The translations under genes and the position numbers were made by a program. Shown here piece by piece: positions 12,301 through 24,500 of a DNA stretch of 64,000 nucleotides; within the stretch, counting starts at the first letter, position 1; every line of letters begins with the position of its first letter. Below the pieces are notes generated by a model. It saw only the letters and a program-made list of their open reading frames with translations, made no database searches and was not told where the DNA came from. The stretch comes from Tubiluchus corallicola (Eukaryota > Animalia > Priapulida): positions 1 to 64,000 of the forward strand of contig JAQGDQ010000028.1 in assembly GCA_030141605.1 (NCBI GenBank), in the 5' to 3' direction.

Positions 12301-15300
12301 CCTAAACCGATGCGTGACAAAGGCACCAAACGAAGTTGGAAAATTGGTTTTATGCGCCCTATTCCATTTGTTTACTTCTGTGAGGAAGGAGTCGAAGGAC
12401 GTATAAGTATACTGTACTAATAATTTAATAGTTTGATCGTAAATCATTATTTTAAACAACTTTCCTTTACTAAGATTTGCCTAAGTATGGTTAGTTCGAC
12501 ATAGAAAATAATCAGAAAGAGGTGGGGTGGTGAAAGATCGGGTCACTTGGCAACCATCCTGTCCATCCCTTAGTGATAAAAAAATAACACTGTCGATGAA
12601 TTAAAAATTGGTGTTAGTAGCATTTAGAGAGAGACAGCTTGCTAAAAAGACATTTGCTCACAACAAAATTTAACATTCAAAATTCTTTCAAAGTTTCCAC
12701 GGAGAAATTAAAACCTCACTGGACCTCAGTTAATCTTACTGCGGATTTATTATTATTTTCAACGCGCCAAAACTTCCTCAGTAGTACGTGTAAGCGGTTC
12801 AACCAAAATATGCATATTTGAAATGTAATGAATGTAATGAATGGAAGTCGAGATATACAGCATGAAATAATTATACATGTGAACAGACACTTGTTTTGTA
12901 TTGACGATGCCATATATGATGCAATTCTGCATCTCCTACTGAGGAATGGAGATAAAAAAATGGCCGGCAGAAAATGTGGCATAGGCAGAAAGGGCAAAAA
13001 TGAAATGGAAAGGTAAGAAAAGTGGCCCTTAAATCCTATCTCGAACACTAACACACAGCCCTCTATCTGCAATATGATTAAAACTCTCCAAAAAGTAGCT
13101 CTAAATGAACTCAGGTGCCACCGTTTTCCTATTTTTGCCCGTATTTTTTTCAATGTTATATCAATTTATATGTATGTTTGAGTTGCTGTGGAATAAATTC
13201 ATAATTCATAATTCAGTATTTATTGCGCGACAGCTGCTGCGATGCACAATGTAGTTACACTGTCGGCTTTCTGCGTCAGTTCAAATTGTGCCGTTTTATA
13301 ATTAACTCGATTCGTTTTTTTAAACGAATTTTGATTCACCACACATTAGGCCTATGACTTATGTAAGCCACCTATCATAGGTGCGCAATATACCATGATT
13401 GCTTGAGGTTGTAGCAAAATTTTGTTCATTTTCAGCATTCATTGCATCGACGAAACTCTTTGTTACTTTAATATCACCATATGCACAGAAGCATGGCTGG
13501 GCAGGTTAGTATGTATGAGCAATTTAAACGCTCAGTTGCTACTGATCACAGTTCTGAGTTTCCTTTAGGTTTCTTAGTATTCAGTTTGCTATAATAACAC
13601 AAAAGATTTCCATAAAAACTTAGTTAATAATAGTTACAATGTATATCATTGCTGGGGAATCCGGGACCGGGAGAGTGGTCACAGTGTACGTTTAATGACA
13701 GTCACTAACGGATGTTAAATAATGGATGACCTGGTCAGTAAATGAATGTGTGACCACCAGGAAAATAGCTTCTTAGTGGTCTCATTAACAATACTGCTTC
13801 CTGCTATTTATCCATTAAATTTGTTCTGGGAAAATGTTTATGCAACCGATAGTGGCTAAAGTACCTCTGCTAATTCAGCATTTGGTTTAAGGGTTCGTTC
13901 TTGGCCTAAAGTAGATTCCGGCCCCGCCATAACTACATTAGAGCAAGCTTTATTACAAGTACTGTATCCTTGTTTGCAGAGTCACAGAGTCACGTGAATG
14001 CGCTTTTTATCTGAAAAAATCTTTAATATTTAGATAGGTTCCGATCATGCACAGTCGTTAGAATCGAAATTTAGCAAAAACTATCTTATATAATGAAATT
14101 CCTTTTTTATAAAATAAAAATTGATATTAATACTGATCTCACTCAGGTAACCTAGGTGTTGTATTTGTTTTAACTCAATAGCTGTGAACAGTAGCAAAAG
14201 CTTATATGTTGTAGCTTGTGTGAATCTGCTTTGCTCTTGTTATTGTTATTGCTGCTGCTGGCGCTGATTTTTTTCTATTGTATGTCATCGTCGTCATCAT
14301 CACAGCTACATGTGCTGCTGATCACGTCGATGATCATTGTGATCATGATGGCAACAGTGGTGATGATAATAATGAAGGTATTATTTTATCTTTTGTGTTG
14401 TAATACACAATATACTATTATGTTGATAGTAGGTTCGCTCAAATTCAACATTGGTGTGATTGGTGCATGTAAGTAGAGCAAGATCAAAAATGTTTTTCCC
14501 ATCTTAAGTTCTTAACACATCTCACTACTTGAACATGATAGTGATAATAATGGTGGTGATAATGACGACGACAGTAATAACAATAATTATGCCATATTAT
14601 TAAAATACACTCATTCAAATGAATAATACTATAGCTTTGCATTGCTTTACTAGCACACAAAGCACATTGGGAACTAGCAAAAATTAGGATAAAGCAAAAA
14701 TTTGAGTTTTTAAATATAATACAGTGTGTCAGTATTCTGAGTAAGAGTGCCACATTTAAGCTGAACCTTTCTACTGCTGCTGTTGTCGATCCTATTGATA
14801 TAGTTGTAGCTGCTGCTGTTGCTATTGCTGCTGAAGCTAATTCGTGTTGTCTGTTGTTTTTGCTGGTTTACAAATGACTATTGTTGTCATCGTTTATTGA
14901 CATTGACGGCGACGGCATTGCTGACGATGACAATGGGGGTAATGGTAGCAATCGCAATGACAATGAGGAGTGACAGAGACGACTGATGGTGGTGATGAAG
15001 ACAACAGTGATGATGAGAGTGATTATGACGGTGGTGATGATAACAACAGCGGTGATAGTTATCTAGGCTGGTTTTTTAACCGGCTACATATTTTACTTGT
15101 GATTCACAAGTTGCAAGTTTGAGACTTTGAGTCTCCAGCCTTTTATTCTCATTTTTTATTGCTCAGAGCAAGCAAATTATAGAGAATATCTGCGATATGA
15201 AGACGTGATGATAATGATGATGATGACGGCGACGACGATTATGATGGTGGCAGCAGATTTTTATATACATAAAATTCAAAAGAAAATTTTAGAAAACTTG

Positions 15301-15891
15301 AAATCAAAATGGCTTAAGCAAATCACTTTTTTAAACGGGTACACAATTAAAACCAAATTGGTGTAGCTCACAAAACTTTTGTCAAAAATACAAAGTGAAT
15401 CTACTTTAAAAACAATACATGATCAGATCGTTATCTTCATCATTAATTTCATCATTATCTTGTCTATGCAATAAATAAGACCATTTAAAAGTAAATAAAA
15501 AAAGAAGCAAGGAGTTCCGTAGCTCTCAATAGAAATTCTTAGTTTTAGTCTTTACTATGAAGTAGTTTCTATTTCAGTTCACTCAAAGATGGAATCGTAT
15601 AGGATGTCTCCACCAGGGACATTTGGCTGGATACTCATGAGCATGGGAAGCGCCATTACTGGCGCGTATAACATCACACAGTACATGCGTGCCGAGAATG
15701 GCATACTACCAGTTGAGAATCAACCACCGAGTCAAGCTATCATGCCAGCAGAACAAGCCCCCCTTCAAGGCGAACTTAACCAAGTCACACCAATGATTTG
15801 TGACACTCCTGCTAGTGACCATGTTATTAATAATGTGGATGCTGGATCGTCAGATGAAGCCAGTGTTCATAGTTCTCTGCTCGATTTATAG
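6378..15891 (+). CDS. Small putative two-TM membrane protein, join(6378..6543,15578..15891), about 159 aa
   Basis: ATG exon ending TTT G|gtatga (phase 1) matches acceptor ctatttcag|TT CAC (phase 1). Two hydrophobic segments (LILKGSLIGFICAFV; TFGWILMSMGSAITGAY) and an acidic Pro-rich tail. Intervening exons cannot be excluded. Confidence 0.6.
6716..6776. repeat. Perfect 27-bp inverted repeat with 7-nt loop
   Basis: acaattaaaaaataagaaaaaagaaca-cggcaga-tgttcttttttcttattttttaattgt. Confidence 0.95.
7663..8494. mobile_element. Non-autonomous piggyBac-like element
   Basis: TTAA at both flanks (7659-7662, 8495-8498). Right end ...ggctaaggg, left end ctcttaac. Subterminal inverted repeat ccgaccaagcggggtaaaaacttacccca / tggggtaattttttaccccgccttggtcgg. 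Confidence 0.7.
10200..10600 (-). mobile_element. LINE ORF2 C-terminal remnant
   Basis: KLSTLQKYALKQISG...LMKIPTLESQQDYHTLIFLYNYI resembles the LINE post-RT segment. Confidence 0.5.
11000..12285 (-). mobile_element. Degenerate LINE reverse transcriptase and C-terminal region
   Basis: RT motifs VRQGTPIGAVLC (about 12170-12204) and GTLLYVDG (YxDD-like, about 12075-12097), then frameshifted ORF pieces 11581-11877 and 11011-11490. Confidence 0.85.
14220..15260. repeat. Degenerate trinucleotide (GAT/TGC/TTG) low-complexity tract
   Basis: Interspersed atg/gat/gct/ttg runs in the intron of the plus-strand gene. Confidence 0.7.
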
Positions 15892-17221
15892 TGAAAATCA
15901 AGTGATCTTTTGACTTCTGTTAAGAGTCTAAATACCTAAATTTAATTGTCCTGTGAGTTGTGGCTTATTTACTGTTATCTCAATTAACAGCGCATTTCAC
16001 GTACTGTTATTGACTATTGTAATGTTTACACTGCTCAAAACACAGTTATGAGCATGTGTTTGGAATAGGCCTATAGAAAACACTCATATGAAAATTTCAC
16101 CTTGTCTGTTTGTCTGTCTGTCCAGAATCTAGACTGTAAGTAAGGCGTGAGCTCTGAATTCAACAATGGAATATAGAATTACAATGTCTAGTTTGCGCTC
16201 TCTCTCTCTCTCTCCTCACTTTATCGCTGCTACGAATACAACACTGCTACAATGCTACAAGCATGAGCGAATTCTCTGTTTTTGTCTGTCTAGGCGTATA
16301 GCTGCTAAGGTCTGTATGGTAGGATAGTTGTGAGCCATTTTAATCGATGTAAGACAGACTATAAATCCTTTCTTTATTAAATAACACATTAATTTTGTTT
16401 TCTACTGTACCTGGCCAGAAACCCATTACCTTTAACCAATAATAATTTTAAAGGTTATCTATATAACAGTTTGCTATCTAGCCATTTGATTTTTAGTAGC
16501 AAATGTAGCTTAATATTTTCATGTAACAGTTGTGTTACCAAAGTCGGTCGATTGTGATAACAAAGACCAGTTTCATATGTGATATGTGACATTTTATGTG
16601 AAAAAACGAATTTTTTCTCCATAATTTATTTGAATCAATGCATAAGTGCAAAGTAAAAATAACTTTAACAAAGTAAAACAAGTTTAACAATATTATAACG
16701 GCTAAGTGAATGCAAAATAACAGTACCTGGCCAGTTTAAGCGAAATATTAATAACCTTGGTCGAACATAATTACTTACGACTTGTGCAGCAGTAGCATTG
16801 TGCATAGCAAAAAGTTCTGCGCATACGCCATTGCTCCCCATTAAGTAACAAAACAATTTATATACATACTTGTATTGCCTCTACTATTTTCTCTTTAAGA
16901 GATGCCAAGTAGGTTAGAGCTGATGTATCACATGCAGTAATCAATTAAACAATACATTACAAATAATAATAAATGAATCTAAACTGTTATTTAGGTTACT
17001 GTAGGCTCTGTGCCTGCAACAACAAGATCAACTTTTCTTATTATGTACATGATTAGTCAGTCCATCAATCATTACATACCAAATAATAATGAGTAAGAAT
17101 AAGTTATCATAATTATTACATAGGTTTATTACAAACTTGGAATTTCATTTCCATTGGTCCTTTCATTTACTTTGAAAAATTTAAATGCATTAAATTGTCC
17201 ATTTTGTATCTTAGTAGAAGC

Positions 17222-18207
17222 TAGGGATGCACTGAAACCTGATTTTACTGAACCGAACCGTTACTAAATGTCTCAAACCTTTTTCCCCCAAACCGAATTT
17301 CACATTTTTTTACCGAAACCGAATTGAGGCTAATTTCACAATATTTTTTGCCAAAACCAATCAAGTTATAATAATAAATTTCAATAGTTACAAGTGGTCT
17401 CAGCACGTTTTTCAAAAGGAGTTTATTTTCACACTTGAAAAGGTAAAATTTTTGTATTATGTAACCCCTTTGATATGTTTACAAATTTCATCTTGATACC
17501 CAAACACTAAATAACCAGCACTTAAATCAGTTTTCATTACCAGAGCACAGTATAATTATTGTAGCTTAATCAGTAACCACATGGCCTACATTTTACTTAT
17601 TGTATCAGGGTCTCAGATATTTTACACTAAACTTCAATCTGCAGTTTAAAAACCTAAGGAATATAAAATCTCATATGCTTGCGTCTGTTATGCGCCATTT
17701 ACCTGCGCTTGACACAGTTACACTTTACTGAACAGTGTTGGCAACTTGACAATAATTATAAATCTACGCAAAATTCACAATTTTCTCTGCTAAGTTGATT
17801 AACAAGAAAACCATGTGTACATGCATCGTAGAAATGAAGATGTCGACAAGTAAACGACTTCAGCGGCATCTAGGCACATCATCTCAAATGGTAAAATTGT
17901 AAGCTACCAGCCTACCACGCGCAAACAGTTGTTGAAAAATTGTCAGTCTATTTTGCCAGGCTTAGTTGCATTGCTTAATGGTGGCATTCGTTGGACAAAA
18001 ATGACAAATTATAATTTTTTTACTAGTCCTGACCAAATTTATTTTAACAAACTCAATTTTGCAAAAGTTGGCCAAATTTTTTAGAAAAACTTTCGGCTGA
18101 AACAAAACTTTATGAAATTTTTTCTATCAACAAAACGAAATGAACAGAAAATTCGTTTCAGTACGGTAACCGAAATCCGGCTGTTTCCAAATTTCGGTGC
18201 ACCCCTA
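17222..18207. mobile_element. hAT-type non-autonomous element in the TRIP11 3' UTR
   Basis: TIRs TAGGGATGCACTGAAA / TTTCGGTGCACCCCTA, 8-bp TSD gtagaagc / gtagaaga, subterminal aaccga repeats. Confidence 0.88.
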
Positions 18208-18217
18208 GTAGAAGATC

Positions 18218-18538
18218 TCAAGTTGAATCAGATGGCTGTAAAACATTTTTCAAGATGGCAGAATCCTCACTACGGTCAACAGGAATTGGTGTAAAAGTAG
18301 GCAATGAAGCATACACGGACTTCATTAATAAGTGTTCTTGAGAGTGTTGTCGGGAAGTCCTAACACGTGTAGGTGTACTCGTTGCTCCACCTGGTGGTAA
18401 CGGCGAGATAAATGGATTATGCTGAGCATGGTGTACTTTGCGCTCTACTTCCTCAGCCATCTTCTCGGCAGGTAGTCGTACTGTTGCAGTAGGAGATGAT
18501 TCGTTCTCCAGGAACTGGATGAACATCTGTGAGAAAGA
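18218..18538 (-). CDS. TRIP11: TRIP11 terminal coding exon (GA1 motif and C-terminal tail)
   Basis: Acceptor tttgtttcag|TCT. Encodes [14 protein letters not shown]...HNPF...[16 protein letters not shown]...[12 protein letters not shown], resembling the vertebrate TRIP11 C-terminus. Confidence 0.92.
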   Translation of the reverse strand, partial: SFSQMFIQFLENESSPTATVRLPAEKMAEEVERKVHHAQHNPFISPLPPGGATSTPTRVRTSRQHSQEHLLMKSVYASLPTFTPIPVDRSEDSAILKNVLQPSDST

Positions 18539-21500
18539 CTGAAACAAAGAGACACTGATGTTTTAATGTTTTAGAGGACATATAAAGCTATAAAGTAAAA
18601 CTTTGCTGAAACCACTTGAATAAAATCACTAATTCTAAATCGTAATGGTTCACAGTTTAATTGATAAGTTAATAGATAATTAATAGATAAGTTATTTAGT
18701 GAGTGCCAGTATTTTATTATATTTGACAGAACTACATGGAGGTGTTGAGATTATAGTTATTAATTTGACTCATGGATAATACATTAACATGAAAAGAATT
18801 GTTTCACAGCATTTTAAAACTACTGGTGGGATACTTCCCTTACTAACACTTAGAAAACTCGTCACCCTTAGAAAAGTAACTAGTTGCAGTTACAGTTCCT
18901 TTAAAAAGTTCTATGAAGTTAACCTTTGTAAGGTATGGAGATGACCAAGATGAGACTGTCAGAATTCACACTAAAAGTGGTTGACAATATTTCTGACATG
19001 GTCAGAAACTGAAGATTTTGCAAACAATAGTTATAAAATTGAGCCCTAAAAATGAAGGGATGACAGCCTTTGTTTGAAAGTTATTATTTTCATCTTGCTT
19101 GAATACATAGGAAGTGCATTTCTCAATGAAACCTCAGCATTTAACTGCTCAGCCTGTCACCCATGGGTCAAAGGTCAACCAATCTTGGCATGAACTTACA
19201 TAATTTAGTTTGGCTCACTGAGATCTTTCATTTGATACTACTTTTGGTCGACCCTGGAAGACATTTGTCTCCTGACCCCTATTTTGCCCCTAATGGGCTT
19301 AAAAGTTAACGATTCACATTGCAACCTGTGCCATTGGATCCGCCTCATCGAGACCCTTCACTTGATATGCTACAAGGTACCATTGCTCAACACTCGATGC
19401 ACTTCAGTTCCCGACCCCTATTTTTCGGTTTTTGCCCCGGATTAGCTATTCTCATTGTAACCTATACCGTTGAGACCTTTCATTGAGGCCATACACATAT
19501 AATAATATCAAGTTTAGGGTGTTAGGTAGGCGACAGAAGATGTGATAACACAAGGTAGGTAGGTGATTTAGTCATGATATCATTATCTGGCTTCACGCCA
19601 TTTTGCGCTGATCCCAGCAGGCTGCCATTTTTGTTACGTTTGTCTGTGAAATCTTGGTTTGCTGTGTTTGTCTAAAATGTACAAACAGCTACATCTGTGT
19701 GATGCTGATATCAATATAAAGGGTACTAGGTGGTGGGGCATATGCCAACGCCATTATAACGTAAGGTAGGTCCTAGAAATCGAGCGAAAACTTGATATTA
19801 TTATATGTGGTTGGCCCCAAACTACTGTTTTTAATAACAATTGACTAGACAGTACTGAAAAGCTAGTACAATATTTAAACGACATGCAATTATTAAACTT
19901 TTGATTTTAGTCTAGACAAATGTAATACTAACAGTAACTCTTATTTCCACTACAAATTTCAACAGGAAAGTAACTAGTTACAGTCACTAGTTAACAACTA
20001 AAAATGTAACTCGTTAGATTTACAATTTTGAAACTAGTGACATTTGTAACACATTATTCCATCACTGTTAAAAACGTTCTGACATGGCATTCAAGTAGAC
20101 AAACAACTGAATTTTATGCATCTAGATGAACTAAGCATTAGTTTCAAAATGTTAGCAAATGTTAAGCTTCCAGCAATTTCACCTATTCACTGCTGTGCAA
20201 TTTATATTCCAGCTATTTTAAGAAAATGAGAAGTTGCTACTGTCACTGTTATTATTAGTACAGTTGTTACAACATCATATCCACTTCTGTCACTACGACT
20301 GTCACTATTGCTGTTCCTGTCATTATAGCTACTGTACCCCCCCCCCACAACCGCTACCAGTGCTGTCACAAACTACTACTTTTTTGTAAAATAAGTAAGT
20401 ACAGCAGTGGAATATTCAAATTGCGTCATTTGACACAATAATCATTCTAGTGTAGAAGAAATAGGTATGGAAAGGCCTACACCTATAATTTTTAGCTTGC
20501 ATGTACAAAATTTATAAAGCATACAATGTTAAACCACCCATATCTAATTACACGTATGAATTGGGTTCACCTATCATCATCTGATGACTCAATGCCAAAC
20601 CTGGCAAGGTAGTTTCTAATTTGTTGTACGCTGTACCTTTTCTGAGCCATTTGAATAGACAAAATTGATAAAAAGGGCCGTAGGTTTTTTGTAGCTTGCA
20701 TATTACTTTTTTAGATAACAGAGGATACCACCACCTTTTGTTTCCAAAGTTTGATTCTTCAACTGCACATGGCATGTGTAAGTATTATTACTACTGGCAT
20801 AGGCAACAGTTAATTTGCATATTAAGCATGATGGTATAATCACGTTATATAGGCCAGACAGAATAGCATGTTCATGATGAGAGATTCTCATCATACAGGC
20901 AGTGAAATGGTTAAGTGTACTGGGTAAACATCCAAACTATTGATGCTAGTGGTGTTCCGCCGAAATACTGATAAAATCAAATGTTGCTAATCTCTGTAAA
21001 TTTGTTCAAACTTAATCTACATTTCAAAGTTACACTGCTGTGTGGAGTTTACAAAACCATTTGTTTCTCAATATAAAGTAGTATGTTTAGCACCAGAAAA
21101 ACAAACGAATAGCGGTACCTTATTTGCAATGGCTTGTGATGTTCTACCAGGAGTGCTTCGTGGGGAAGCTGTAGGTGTTTTGTTACCGGGACGCAAAAAT
21201 CCAGGTAGCCACCGACTGACGGCAGACTCTTGTGCACCAGTTACCTATAATTTACATGAGCAGTTATTACTTCAAATTGAAAGCAAGACTTAATTGCAAT
21301 CACTAAACAGACTGCACAGATTTTCAGTGTTGCTTTTATACTACTGACCCAACAAAAAACAGCACTTCCTGTGATTTTTTAAAAATACGATACTCGAAGA
21401 ACAAACTTCAGCTTCTTACAAAACCTTAACAAGTACACCAAGACATAACTGATTATTATTATCATATAATTATTATGATTATTATTATTATTATGGTACG

Positions 21501-24500
21501 CATTGTCTAATCTCATTCAAGATTACATACAATGGAATTCAACTGATTAGTTGGCTTATGTCACATCAGGAAAGGCTATTTATACATAAAGGTAAATATG
21601 AGATGTAAACTTTGTACACTGTGTGTGTAGGTGCAAGCACACACAGATTACAGTTTACAAATAACGTACATCCGGTTGATGAATTTACACTACGCTATTA
21701 AATCAAGATACGATATTTTTTGAACTTGTATAAACACTTGCTGCCCAATGTTTAATTTTCCAGAAATCAAAAACTGTACAGAAATTTATGCAGCAAATGT
21801 GCACCGATTTGTGTATAATACCTTTCTGACAAACCACTACCAATACAAGAAACTGTAATTTAACTGATTTAACTTCAATTTTTTGGCTAGAATTTCATTT
21901 AAAACCAATATTTACTGCACCGTTGTAAAATTGGCAAGGTTACGAGATACAATATTGTATGTATACAAAATGTGTGATGTTATTCATGCTGCGACTTTTC
22001 TAGCAGATACAAGTGTAAAACTGACATGATAAAGGTCAACAATACAATGAACTTCACAAGGTTTTTTGTCCTCTACTTCTTACAATAACTTTCAAGGAGC
22101 TTTCCAACTTATTTTTTACACATATGTGTTTTTATATAAACAGGGTTATTTCTCAAGGCTGCACCAGAAATGAAGCACACTGGTGGAAGTTTTGTAAATT
22201 GGGTAAACCTTAGGACACTCTGATCTAAAAACCCTTCTACTGAAAGCCTTATTATTTAACTAGAGCTGTTATAGTTTCCCAGGAAAAATATCACTGGCAC
22301 CACCTACAGTTGAAGACTTGCAGAGCCATCTGGTGGCCAAACATTCAAAACAGTAAAACAGACTTCTTTCTAAGGTTAATTTAGAATTTCACTTACATTT
22401 ACTATAAGTAAAACATATAAACTTACTAAACAAGATTATACCATAACATGTTAAAAAGTATAGAGTCAGATTATGATATCATGATACTGTTGCAATAAGC
22501 ATGCTTCAGTAATTTTTAATAAGCAACACGCAGCAGCACCTGGTCACCTAACACAAAGTTACCTTACCTTGGCCATTTCGCTCTCCTCAAAGTTAAGCAC
22601 ATTAGCAATGAGATGCAAGACTTCAATTCTCTGATTTGCAGGCGTTGAGAAGTAGCCAACAAACAAGTTCTTTACAATAATCCTGCAAATGTGAAGTCAA
22701 AATTTGTGTTGCTGAAATACGAGTACTGTTGATTTAAAACAGTTAAAAATAAAAGAAAATATGCAAAATTTAGTCTTTTAACCAGGCAATAAGCATGCTT
22801 CAGTAATTTTTAATAAGCAACACGCAGCAGCACCTGGTCACCTGGAACAAACAAGTTCTTTACAATAATCCTGCAAATGTGAAGTCAAAATTTGTGTTGA
22901 TGAAATACGAGTACTGTTGATTTAAAACAGTTAAAAATAAAAGAAAATATGCAAAATTTAGTCTTTTAACCAGGCAATAAGCATGCTTCATGCTATTATT
23001 ATATTATGCTATTATACTATACTACTTCATGCTATTATATGCTATCAGCATGATACTATCAGACATGGCAAATTCCATTGCATTGTCTCACAACCTAATT
23101 CAGACTGCATTAGTGAGGCACCAAAAAACCAATGAATGGAAAAGCCTTGGCAGCTGTATTACATTTTTAAAACTTTTTTCATCGATTAATATGTTTTGCT
23201 TTATAAAAACTATGAGTACCAGGGCCATTCAGTTCATCATTGGAAGCACTGACATTTCTTTTACCAAGGCTTAGGATATAATAATATTTTGTGTAAAATT
23301 ATGTTGAAAGCAAAACTTACATTGATTTCAAAGCTAAATAAAAAATTATACTAGAAAGCAAATCTATTTTCAAGTTCACAAAACAGCACAGATAGATCTT
23401 TAGCTGCTGCTTACATATAAACTGCTGCACGTGAGAACTAAGTTTTTTGTATGTATATTTAAATATACAGAATTGTCAATAAAACAGCAAGCTGCTTAAC
23501 TCAAGAATCTGCAGTATAGTTATAAAAAAATTAACACCCACTTGCATCCACTACAAAGACAATTGAATAAGATACACTTACAATTATAAAAACAGCATTA
23601 CCTACTTATGAAATAACTGATGTCAATCAGAAAGATTATGCAAGAGCAATAAGTAGCTTAATAATAAACTACAACAATGATATGCCTAGCCAGGCATAAC
23701 TTGAACAAGATTGATAACAATGACATAGCTTAAGAGAAAGAAAAACAACCCCACACAAACTATTATCGTCAAATATGCCTTTTCGAAGATATCATATACA
23801 TCTATGTTTCAAACATAAGCAACTAATTAACGGAGTCAAAGAGAGCAGTAAAAAAATTTATTCCTTTGCAACTGCACTTAAGAAAAATAAATTGGAAAAC
23901 CCGAAAACCTTTATTACGGTTCTGCAATATTGGCATTTCTGCTAATCCTTGTATGAGAGTGAAACTTAGTACATGGCTGAAATTTTAATGCTTGCTCTGT
24001 TGGTGAAAAATGTAAGCTCCTGCTTTGTGAATATTTTTATCTACTCACTTGTCTACTTTACTATCTTCATCTGTTTGCAATCGGATGAGATGTACTTGCA
24101 GTTCATGTTTTTCTTCTTCTAGCTGTTTTACTAAACAAATAAATTATAAATCACATAAATTATAAATCACAAATTAGAAGTACATACATAAACATCTCGA
24201 AGACATGTATTTAATTTTAATTCATTGAGTAATCACTTGCAAGAAAATTTTGCAAGACAAAGCAAAAAACCAAAACAGTAGCCAAATAAAACCTATTACC
24301 TATAATATAAACCTTAATATAAGAAGGCATTTGAACACAAACAAAATATGCAAATAATTCAAAGAATAACTATTACAAGAAAAAACTGTAAACAAGTTTT
24401 ATACATGAATATAATGAAACAAATAACAAAACTAATAATGAACTCTAACCTAAAAATATCACATTAACACCATGCAAGGCATTCAGTAGAATAACAAAAA

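Noticed and set aside
14216-15366. Hydrophobic ORFs resembling signal peptides or TM helices
   Set aside because: Produced by trinucleotide low-complexity sequence, with no convincing splice structure.
20703-20894. [11 protein letters not shown], similar to the LINE endonuclease GGGV motif
   Set aside because: A single short motif with no other recognisable APE motifs nearby.
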